64,000 nt of DNA, taken from contig JBMNKK010000003.1 of NCBI GenBank assembly GCA_050952125.1, positions 288,856 through 352,855 on the forward strand, written 5' to 3'. Made by a program: the position numbers and the translations under genes. Below are positions 35,959-43,888 of the stretch, piece after piece. Within the stretch, counting starts at the first letter, position 1, and each line of letters opens with the position of its first letter. Origin of the DNA: Bacillota bacterium. Its GTDB lineage: Bacteria; Bacillota; Sulfobacillia; Fermentithermobacillales; Fermentithermobacillaceae. Below the pieces are notes generated by a model. It ran no database searches. It was not told the DNA's origin and was given only the letters and a program-made list of their open reading frames with translations.

Positions 35959-36411
35959 TCACTGCCCTTCCGAGTTGAAGGTAGCTGCGGGCGATCTGAG
36001 ATAGTTCTCAAGAATAAGCACCGCCGCCGCCTCATCTATGGCGCTTTTGCGTTGGCGCCGAGACCTTCCTAAGGCTATCATTTCCTTTTCAGCCTGAGAA
36101 GTGGTAAGTCTCTCATCCGATAGGAAGACAGGCCTCGAAGACGCCCTCTCCAGCTTCTTCGCGAACTTCTGCGACCTTCTGCCCGATTCACCCACCGAAC
36201 CGTCCATGTTCTTGGGCAAGCCCACCACGAAAGACGTTGCTCCGTGGACATCGGCTAGATCGCTCAGTGCTCGGGCGAGTTTGTCCATACCTTCATAAGG
36301 CAAGACGCATAGAGGGTGGGCCATTAACCTCATTTCATCTGAGATAGCCACCCCTACTCTCTTCAAACCAAGATCTACTCCTATGATCCTTGCGGACTCT
36401 GAAAAACCCAT
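35959..36411 (-). CDS. ruvX: Putative pre-16S rRNA nuclease / Holliday junction resolvase-like RuvX (YqgF)
   Basis: 150 aa with ...IIGVDLGLKRVGVAISDEMRLMAHPL...GLPKNMDGSVGESGRRSQKFAKKL...DERLTTSQAE.... Confidence 0.9.
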   Translation of the reverse strand: MGFSESARIIGVDLGLKRVGVAISDEMRLMAHPLCVLPYEGMDKLARALSDLADVHGATSFVVGLPKNMDGSVGESGRRSQKFAKKLERASSRPVFLSDERLTTSQAEKEMIALGRSRRQRKSAIDEAAAVLILENYLRSPAATFNSEGQ

Positions 36412-37350
36412 CTAGACCACCTTAAGGCAGAAGTGAGGGCAGACCCGGGCGCAATACCCGCAAAGCATGCACTTTGAAGTGTCCACTTGAGCTGTTCCGT
36501 CACTTAAGGTCAAGGCTCCAAACCCGCACACCTTCACGCACTCCCCACATCCCTCGCACCAATCCTCGACGATGAGCCTGCGCTTGCTCTCCCCTTCAGA
36601 GGCGCTCTCGGTAGATGTTCTCTCGCCCGAAAAAACGCGCACAGCAAATTCTACCTCGGATCGGGTATGCAAACCAACAGCAACGCTGTCCTTGTGCGGG
36701 AAATCTCTCGCGTATTCCAGAGCCTTGCGGGCCTCTCGGTAGAGGTGTCCTCCTCCCAAAGCTTTCATTATGTAGACGCCTTTACCCATCTCGCGCGCGA
36801 ATCTTAAGGCGTTCTCCATATCGGTTCGGGAGCCGCCGCGGATCCCGAGGCCGGCCACGTTCAGGATGGCAAATATCACATCGACCTCGTCGAGCATTGC
36901 GGCTGCACGGACACAGTCTACATAGTGAGTGGATACCGCGATCGCTTGAATCACACCTTTTTCGCGCTGCCTTACCAGGTACTCCAGCGCGTCCCGGTGT
37001 CCCTTGAGCGTCAGGCCTGATTCCTGTTCGTGCAACCCGAATATCTCGATTCTGTCACGCGAGAGCTCTTTCCGCGCGCGATCCAAACTCTCCCGCATTC
37101 CTCGTGAGTCAAACGCGAAGCTCCTGGACGCGATAATCGCGCCCTCCCTGGCGGCAATATCTTTGAGGAGACCGTAGGTTCCGTACAGTTCGGCGGTATC
37201 GTAAAACCTGACGCCAAGGTCCCATGCGAAGTCAAGGACTCCCTGCGCCGCCTTTGAGGTAAGGTTGTACTGGGCCGGTCCAACAGAGAGTGAGCCGAAG
37301 CACAACTCGGATACGTTGAGGCCGGTGGTACCCAGCTGGCGGTAATGCAC
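36412..37350 (-). CDS. Aldo/keto reductase fused to a C-terminal 2x[4Fe-4S] ferredoxin-like domain
   Basis: 312 aa. The AKR start is MHYRQLGTTGLNVSELCFGS. The C-terminus is CEGCGECVKVCGFGAL...SKCMLCGYCARVCPHF. The stop abuts the ruvX start with 0-nt gap. Confidence 0.8.
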   Translation of the reverse strand: MHYRQLGTTGLNVSELCFGSLSVGPAQYNLTSKAAQGVLDFAWDLGVRFYDTAELYGTYGLLKDIAAREGAIIASRSFAFDSRGMRESLDRARKELSRDRIEIFGLHEQESGLTLKGHRDALEYLVRQREKGVIQAIAVSTHYVDCVRAAAMLDEVDVIFAILNVAGLGIRGGSRTDMENALRFAREMGKGVYIMKALGGGHLYREARKALEYARDFPHKDSVAVGLHTRSEVEFAVRVFSGERTSTESASEGESKRRLIVEDWCEGCGECVKVCGFGALTLSDGTAQVDTSKCMLCGYCARVCPHFCLKVV

Positions 37351-37404
37351 TAAAGGTCACCATCTCCGTGGGTCCCCCCTTCTAGCCCGGAGGGACCCTG
37401 CGCG

Positions 37405-38505
37405 TCACTCTATCGGGATCAGCCTTCCAGCAAGCTTCTTCATCACGTCGGGCAAGGTCGTGTACTCGAGCTCTTCGAGTCCGAGGCGGTGGGGCTCGAA
37501 GGGACCCAGTCCACGCAGATAGTCGGCGATCTCGTTGGCCATCTGGCGGGCACGATCATATGCCACATCGGCGAAAAAGTCCTGCGGGCCTACAAGCTTT
37601 CCATTGCAGATCTGGAAGCCTAAAGCCATGACTCTGGGCGGGCCATCAAATCTGGTCGGAATCGCCTGCTCTACGCCGCACGGCATGAGCGGACCCTGAT
37701 GCGAACCCCGCATCCAACCGGCAACCAAGTGAGGCCTGGAGAACGGCTCAAGAGCCTCTCCTACGGCAGGCATACCGCTTTGGCAGCGGACTATCAGTAC
37801 GGGGTCATCCTTGCCCACGTACCGCCCTGCCATGAGGTTCAGGCGCTCGGTTGACGACACTGCGGCGATTTCGCCGTCAAGTGTTCTGGAGCGAACCGAT
37901 TTTACACAATAGCGCCCCGGCGCGCCGATGAACACCAGGAGATCGTAGATCTCCTCCGGACAGTGGAAGACCACTTTCTTGTGCTCCATCAGGTCGTGGA
38001 CCTCGAAGTCGAACCCCATGTGCATCTTCGGGTCGATGACCAGGCCGGCTGTGTTAAACGGGTCAGCGAACATCTTGTACAGAGGGTAATTCCATGCACC
38101 GGGCTCGGTCTTGTCGGCCATGAAGACAATGACCGGCTCAGACTTTCTTTCTTCGAACTCCATCTCGGCAACTCCGGGTCCCATTCCCTTGATGTTCCCG
38201 GAAAACGAGTCTGCCAGAAGATCCTGCCCCGCGCCGTAGAGCTTAAGCCTCTTAGCTTGTTCGGTCGCAGCCAGGAAAGCATCCCACGCGAGCTTATGGA
38301 TCTTCTCGTTGTCCACGCCGAGCGAGTGAGTCATGATGAGTTCAATATCGTCTCCCACGTGGGTGACGTGGAAATCGGTAAGGAACCCCTTTCCCTCGGT
38401 CTCGAGATGGCCTCTGGCCGCGTCAAGCAGCTCGGAGTGCACGCTTGAGTGCCCCACAAAGCCCCCAACATCGGCCTTAATGACGGATAGCGTTACTTTT
38501 GTCAA
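37405..38505 (-). CDS. Fructose-1,6-bisphosphate aldolase/phosphatase (class V FBPase)
   Basis: 366 aa. The N-terminus MTKVTLSVIKADVGGFVGHSSVH is diagnostic of the class V family. TTG start with GGAGGGA upstream. Confidence 0.88.
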   Translation of the reverse strand: MTKVTLSVIKADVGGFVGHSSVHSELLDAARGHLETEGKGFLTDFHVTHVGDDIELIMTHSLGVDNEKIHKLAWDAFLAATEQAKRLKLYGAGQDLLADSFSGNIKGMGPGVAEMEFEERKSEPVIVFMADKTEPGAWNYPLYKMFADPFNTAGLVIDPKMHMGFDFEVHDLMEHKKVVFHCPEEIYDLLVFIGAPGRYCVKSVRSRTLDGEIAAVSSTERLNLMAGRYVGKDDPVLIVRCQSGMPAVGEALEPFSRPHLVAGWMRGSHQGPLMPCGVEQAIPTRFDGPPRVMALGFQICNGKLVGPQDFFADVAYDRARQMANEIADYLRGLGPFEPHRLGLEELEYTTLPDVMKKLAGRLIPIE

Positions 38506-38576
38506 TTACTATCCCTCCGGCGAGTATTAGAAACAGGCTTACAATTCTAGTTAGACCCCAGGTTATCCTTCCAAAC

Positions 38577-39311
38577 TCACACCCGTGATCGGCGCGGGCG
38601 CCGGAACACAAACGCGAGTACCATTCCCGCGACAAACCCGCCTATGTGGGCCCACCAAGCCACTCCGCCCTGCGCGGTGGCCCCCAAGGAAGCCACCCCC
38701 GAAAAGAGGTTGGTGATGAACCAAAGGAACAGAAACACGATTGACGGGACCTCTATCATCGGCAGGAAGAAACCGATGGGGATAAGAGCAAGCACTCTGG
38801 CACGAGGGAACATGACGAAGTACGCCCCCAGAACTCCCGCGATCGCGCCGCTGGCTCCCACGGTCGGGACAGTGGAGGAAGGCGAGGAAAAAACGTGAGC
38901 TAAGGAAGCGATAATCCCTGAGGTGAGATAAAAAGCCAGGTAACGGCCGTGTCCCATCCTATCCTCTACATTGTCGCCAAATATGAAGAGGTACATGAGG
39001 TTACCCAGCACGTGAACCCATCCAACGTGTACAAACAACGATGTCACAAGCGAAAACCAGCCTGAGGTCATCATCAGGGTTTCTCTCGTGAAAGAACCCG
39101 AGTCCGTCAAAACGGCCGGAATCACGCCGTATTTCACGGTGAACAGGTTCAGCGCTCTGTCGCTAAGGCCAAGCTCATAGATAAACACCAGGAGGTTCAC
39201 CAGTATCAAGAGCCAGTTAACCACCGGGCGAGTGCGCGAGCGCTGAGTGTCGCGGATCGGGATCATGCTCGTATATTCCTCCCCTTCTGCGGCGGTACTC
39301 CCATAAAGCAT
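38577..39311 (-). CDS. Rhomboid-family intramembrane serine protease
   Basis: 244 aa with a 6-TM pattern. The catalytic motifs are GASGAIAGVLGA and ...WWAHIGGFVAG.... Confidence 0.88.
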   Translation of the reverse strand: MLYGSTAAEGEEYTSMIPIRDTQRSRTRPVVNWLLILVNLLVFIYELGLSDRALNLFTVKYGVIPAVLTDSGSFTRETLMMTSGWFSLVTSLFVHVGWVHVLGNLMYLFIFGDNVEDRMGHGRYLAFYLTSGIIASLAHVFSSPSSTVPTVGASGAIAGVLGAYFVMFPRARVLALIPIGFFLPMIEVPSIVFLFLWFITNLFSGVASLGATAQGGVAWWAHIGGFVAGMVLAFVFRRPRRSRV

Positions 39312-39314
39312 TCC

Positions 39315-40835
39315 CTAGTAGACGTAGAGAAGCGAGTCTACCGGAGCATAGTCGTCTGTCAATACTACTGCCCCTTCTCTGGAAATGCTTTTGTCGTACA
39401 GCTCGGAAGCCAGATCGGAGAGGTGCTCCAGCAGTACCGTCCCACCCTCCAGCGCCTCCGCCTTCGCGATAATATCAGCCGCGGTCATTTTTGTCGCCCT
39501 CTCTTTGCCGGGCGCGACAGCGAAAACCTCTATGTTTCGCACGACAGTCTCGGTGCCACTAGAGAATCCCACTGGAAACACGTATGTCTCATGGAAAACC
39601 CTTTGCAGAGTCAAGAGCATCGATCTGAAGAGATCCGACTTAGGTCCCTCCAGCGCTCCTATGAAATTCGACGCGAGCACTCCCCCTGGCCTCAACTTGC
39701 TGAGAGCTAGCTCGTAAAACTCCACGGTCGCCAAGTGAAAAGGGATCGCGTCTGCGTAGTAAGCGTCAACGATGATGAGGTCGTACGTTTTCGCGGTATC
39801 ACTGAGGAAAGTGCGCCCGTCCTTCGCGTGGACCTTGATGCGATCGTCACCGGGGAATCCAAAGTATTCCCTGGCGACGCTGATCACGGCGGGGTCCAAC
39901 TCGACGCACTCGATGTTCATGCCCGGATAGTCCCTCAGAAACCTCTTGGGCACGGTACCGGCTCCCAGCCCGATCATCAAAACGTCTTCAATATCGGTTT
40001 TCAGAGTCAAAGCTAAGTGAAGATAGTCGGTATAGGCGAACACGGTCTCAAACGGATCGTCCAAACGGATGCCGCTCTGGATGGATCTATCGAACTTGAG
40101 TAGCCTGGTGTCGCCGTCATCTACAACGTAGATGTGATGGTAGAGCGACTGAGTCTCATAGATGACGCCCGCTTCGCCTCGGTCCCTGAGATGTCTCGCT
40201 CCAAAGAATGGGACGGCGATCACGACAGCCAACAGAAGGAGAACCGCCCGATTCTTACGCCCGGAGAAAACCGCCAGCAAGAGAGCCGCTGCTATCAGGA
40301 GGGATGCCATCCACATGAGGATCGCTTCGACTCCTATCCGCGGTACCAGGTAGAAGGAAGTCACGAACGTACCGGCGATGCTGCCTGCGTTGGAAACCGC
40401 ATAGAGGATGCCGGCGGCCCTTCCCGCCCGCTCAAGGTTCTTGACGCAAAGGCGGACACACCAGGGTGACACGGTCGCGAGGAAAACCGAAGGGACAAAG
40501 AATAGGAAAAGAGAGGCTAGAAGCGGGCCCCGGCTTCCGGAGATGCCGGAGGCAACGCCCGGCAGCAGAGCATCGGATAGCACGGGGATCGCGCCAATCC
40601 AGAGCCCAGCGGCAAGTAGCACCCAAGAGATCGCGGAAAGTGCGGGATACCGGTCCGCGAGGTAACCCCCTATGTAGTACCCCAAGCTGAGAGCTGCTAA
40701 GACGATACCGATGAGGCTTCCCCATACGAAGATCGATGACCCGAAGAGTGGGGCCAGAACTCGTGACCCCACCATTTCCAGTCCCATGAGGACCGCTCCG
40801 GATAGGAGCGACACCGCGTAAACCGCGTAAAGCAA
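39315..40835 (-). CDS. Fused polytopic-membrane / spermidine-synthase-like (class I methyltransferase fold) protein
   Basis: 506 aa. The N-terminal ~200 aa form 7-8 TM helices. The C-terminus is ...VLMIGLGAGTVPKRFLRDYPGMNIECVELDPAVISVAREYFGF...YDLIIVDAY.... Confidence 0.75.
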   Translation of the reverse strand: MLYAVYAVSLLSGAVLMGLEMVGSRVLAPLFGSSIFVWGSLIGIVLAALSLGYYIGGYLADRYPALSAISWVLLAAGLWIGAIPVLSDALLPGVASGISGSRGPLLASLFLFFVPSVFLATVSPWCVRLCVKNLERAGRAAGILYAVSNAGSIAGTFVTSFYLVPRIGVEAILMWMASLLIAAALLLAVFSGRKNRAVLLLLAVVIAVPFFGARHLRDRGEAGVIYETQSLYHHIYVVDDGDTRLLKFDRSIQSGIRLDDPFETVFAYTDYLHLALTLKTDIEDVLMIGLGAGTVPKRFLRDYPGMNIECVELDPAVISVAREYFGFPGDDRIKVHAKDGRTFLSDTAKTYDLIIVDAYYADAIPFHLATVEFYELALSKLRPGGVLASNFIGALEGPKSDLFRSMLLTLQRVFHETYVFPVGFSSGTETVVRNIEVFAVAPGKERATKMTAADIIAKAEALEGGTVLLEHLSDLASELYDKSISREGAVVLTDDYAPVDSLLYVY

Positions 40836-40868
40836 AGAAAGCGCCCCCGGACATGAACGGAGGGCCTC

Positions 40869-40889
40869 CCCGGCCCTCCCAAATGCTGC
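40869..40889 (-). other. Strong GC stem-loop between ireB and the next gene (no U-tract)
   Basis: GGAGGGCC-5-nt loop (TCCCC on plus strand, GGGGA on minus)-GGCCCTCC, a perfect 8-bp stem in the 66-nt intergenic gap. Confidence 0.4.
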
Positions 40890-40901
40890 CTTTTAACCCT
40901 G

Positions 40902-41195
40902 CTAGATGGCTGTTCCTTCGTGGACGTAAGCCTTGATGAGCTCCTCCAGAATCTCGTCGCGTTCGACCTTCCGCACCAGACTTCTCGCGTTGTTGTGGCT
41001 TGTGATGTACGTGGGATCCCCTGACAGAAGGTAACCCGCGATCTGGCTCACAGGGTTATGGCCTTTCTCCTTCAAAGCCGTGTAGACCTTGAAGATAATC
41101 TCTCTCGTCTCTTCATCTCTGTCGGGCTTAACCTTGAAAAACCGTGTTTCGTCAAACTCAGCCATGCCCAGGATCCCCCCAATAGGATCACTCAT
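40902..41195 (-). CDS. ireB: IreB-family regulatory phosphoprotein (UPF0297, YrzL-like)
   Basis: 97 aa with ...ETREIIFKVYTALKEKGHNPVSQIAGYLLSGDPTYITSHNNARSLVRKVERDEILEELIKAY.... The ATG overlaps the alaS stop (ATGA). Confidence 0.88.
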   Translation of the reverse strand: MSDPIGGILGMAEFDETRFFKVKPDRDEETREIIFKVYTALKEKGHNPVSQIAGYLLSGDPTYITSHNNARSLVRKVERDEILEELIKAYVHEGTAI

Positions 41196-43888
41196 TCGCC
41201 GCCTTCACGGGAATTCCTCGTTATTAGGCGTATCGCTTCCTCTTTTGCCGATGCAAGAGCCTTATCCAAAGCCTCGGGCACCTTGCCACCTGCTTGGGCC
41301 ATCTCCGGCTTGCCTCCGCCGGAGCCTCCCATCACGCCGGCTCCCTTCCTTACGATGGCCACCGCGTCAACGCCCGAACTTGCCGCTTCCGCCGCCACCA
41401 TTACCACCAGGGTAGGCCTGCCGCTACGGACCGAACCGAGGATTATCGCCCCGGCTCCGCCGGCCTTCAGTCGGTCACCCAGGGCCCGCATTTCGCCCAC
41501 ATCCATAGAATCCTGACGAGAAACAACAAGGCGCAGGTTCCCTCCTGAAGCGGAAACTTCTTCCGACCTCATAAGAAGGTCGCGGGCCAAGGCATCAATC
41601 TGGCCCATCCGCACCCTCTCCAACTCCCTTTCGAGCTCCAGGGCCGTCGCTCTCAACGTTTTGACCTTTTCCGATACACCCTCAAGGGTCGTGCCCAACT
41701 CGGATGCCAGCTCGGCCAGTATGCGCTCAAACTGCTTTGAGCGCTCGAGGGCAGCCAGACCGGCTACCGCCTCGATTCTCCGCACACCGGCAGATATGGC
41801 GCTTTCGGAAACGATCTGAACCTGTCCTATCTCACCCGTCCTCCGCACGTGGGTCCCGCCGCACAATTCCTTGGAGATGCCGCAGACCTCAACCACGCGG
41901 ACCTTCTCTCCGTATCTCTCTCCGAAGAGCGCCACCGCGCCTTCTTCTTTCGCCTCATCCAACGACTTCTCGAAGGCGCTTACCGGAAGGTCAGACATGA
42001 TGGCCCGATTTACCAGATCCTCCACCTTGTCCAGCTCTTCTTTAGTGAGCGCGGCAAAGTGGCTGAAGTCAAACCGCAATCTCCCTTCCTGAACCAGAGA
42101 ACCGGCCTGCTCGGCATGCTCGCCGACTACGGTGCGGAGGGCTCTGTGAAGGAGGTGCGTAGCCGTATGATGCCTCTCGAGCCCTTTCCTGCGCTCGCAG
42201 TTCACCGTGCAAGTGACTGACTGCCCTACCATGATGCCGGGCTTCAGCGCCTTGACCCGGTGCAGATAGACGCCTGCATGCGTCTTGGAAACCGAAAGGA
42301 CTTCGGCAACACGCTCGTTCCTACCGATCGACAGTGTTCCCGAATCGGATTCTTGTCCGCCTCCCGCGGCGTAAAACGGCGTCTCGTCAAGAACCACGAA
42401 GGCCTCTTCGCCAACCTCAAGTTCAGACGTGCGCGAATCCTGCTTTATGAGTGCGACAACTTTGGCGCTGCAAGACTCCATATCGTATCCTCGAAACACC
42501 GTGGCCGGAATGTCCTCAACAAGCCCCTCTATCTCGGACTCGCCGCCTCCTAAGCCAAGTTTCCCCCGGCTTCTCTTGCGCTGCTCGGCCATGGCTTCCT
42601 CAAAACCCTTCTCGTCCACGGTCAAGCCGGCGTCTCTGGCCATGTCTTTAGTGAGGTCGATAGGAAAACCAAAGGTGTCGTAAAGGAGGAACGCGTCCTT
42701 CCCGGGGAGTTCCCTCAAACCCTTTTCCTTAGCGGAGGCGATAAGCGAATCGACCCTCTTTTGGCCGTCTTCGAGTGTCGCCAGGAATCTCGACTCGTCC
42801 TCCGTGATTAGGCGTTGTATGAAATCCTGTTTCTCCTGAAGCTCCGGATAAGCATCCTTCATCACTTCTGCCACGACGGGCACCAACTTTGCCATGAAAG
42901 GCTCCCGCATACCCAGAGTTTGCCCGAACCGGACGGCCCTCCTGAGGATGCGGCGCAAGACATATCCTCTGCCTTCATTTGACGGGTGTACGCCGTCGGA
43001 AGCTAAGAACACACAGCTCCTGATGTGATCGGCGATAACCCTGAAGGGAAATACCGGAGCATCCTTTCCCGACTTTTTGCCCACGAGGCGCTCCATCGCC
43101 TCAATAATGGGCATAAAGAGGTCGGTGTCGTAGTTGCTGTCGCCGCCCTGCAGCACTGAAGATATGCGCTCCAACCCCATCCCGGTATCGATACTCGGCT
43201 TCGGAAGCGGGGCCAAATTGCCGTCTTCATCGCGCATGTACTGCATGAAAACAAGATTCCATATCTCCAGCCATCTGTCGCAATCGCACTTTCCGAGTCC
43301 GCAGTCGGATCCGCAGGCGTACTCTTCGCCCCTGTCCACAATGATTTCAGAATCGGGCCCGCAGGGACCGGTATCGCCCATTGCCCAGAAATTGTCTTCT
43401 TCGCCCAGCCGCACGATCCGGGACGCCGGCACGGCCGCGATCTTCTGCCAGAGAGAGTGGGATTCGTCATCGTCCTTGTATATGGTGATCCACAGCTTGT
43501 CTTTGGGTAGGCCGAGCGTTCCGGTAAGGAACTCCCACGCGTACGCTATTGCGGCTTCCTTAAAGTAGTCGCCGAACGAGAAGTTGCCCAGCATCTCAAA
43601 GAAAGTCTGGTGGCGGGCCGTAAAGCCCACATTGTCCAAGTCGTTGTGCTTGCCGCCTGCTCTCACGCATTTTTGGGAGGTGACCGCTCTGGTGTACGAG
43701 CGCTTTTCGTGTCCCAGGAACACGTCTTTGAACTGCACCATTCCCGCGTTAGTGAATAGAAGCGTCGGGTCGCCGTGAGGGACGGTCGACGAACTCGGCA
43801 CGATCGTATGGCCTCTTTCCTCGAAGAACCTGAGGAAAGCGCTCCTTATCTCGGAACTTGTCATGTAGTTCCCGATTCTCTCGGCCAT
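41192..43888 (-). CDS. alaS: Alanine--tRNA ligase
   Basis: 898 aa with ...MTSSEIRSAFLRFFEERGHTIVPSS..., ...FTNAGMVQFK..., the editing domain HHTATHLLH and a C-terminal DHHA1-like region. The start may instead be ATG 43864. Confidence 0.96.
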   Translation of the reverse strand: MAERIGNYMTSSEIRSAFLRFFEERGHTIVPSSSTVPHGDPTLLFTNAGMVQFKDVFLGHEKRSYTRAVTSQKCVRAGGKHNDLDNVGFTARHQTFFEMLGNFSFGDYFKEAAIAYAWEFLTGTLGLPKDKLWITIYKDDDESHSLWQKIAAVPASRIVRLGEEDNFWAMGDTGPCGPDSEIIVDRGEEYACGSDCGLGKCDCDRWLEIWNLVFMQYMRDEDGNLAPLPKPSIDTGMGLERISSVLQGGDSNYDTDLFMPIIEAMERLVGKKSGKDAPVFPFRVIADHIRSCVFLASDGVHPSNEGRGYVLRRILRRAVRFGQTLGMREPFMAKLVPVVAEVMKDAYPELQEKQDFIQRLITEDESRFLATLEDGQKRVDSLIASAKEKGLRELPGKDAFLLYDTFGFPIDLTKDMARDAGLTVDEKGFEEAMAEQRKRSRGKLGLGGGESEIEGLVEDIPATVFRGYDMESCSAKVVALIKQDSRTSELEVGEEAFVVLDETPFYAAGGGQESDSGTLSIGRNERVAEVLSVSKTHAGVYLHRVKALKPGIMVGQSVTCTVNCERRKGLERHHTATHLLHRALRTVVGEHAEQAGSLVQEGRLRFDFSHFAALTKEELDKVEDLVNRAIMSDLPVSAFEKSLDEAKEEGAVALFGERYGEKVRVVEVCGISKELCGGTHVRRTGEIGQVQIVSESAISAGVRRIEAVAGLAALERSKQFERILAELASELGTTLEGVSEKVKTLRATALELERELERVRMGQIDALARDLLMRSEEVSASGGNLRLVVSRQDSMDVGEMRALGDRLKAGGAGAIILGSVRSGRPTLVVMVAAEAASSGVDAVAIVRKGAGVMGGSGGGKPEMAQAGGKVPEALDKALASAKEEAIRLITRNSREGGE

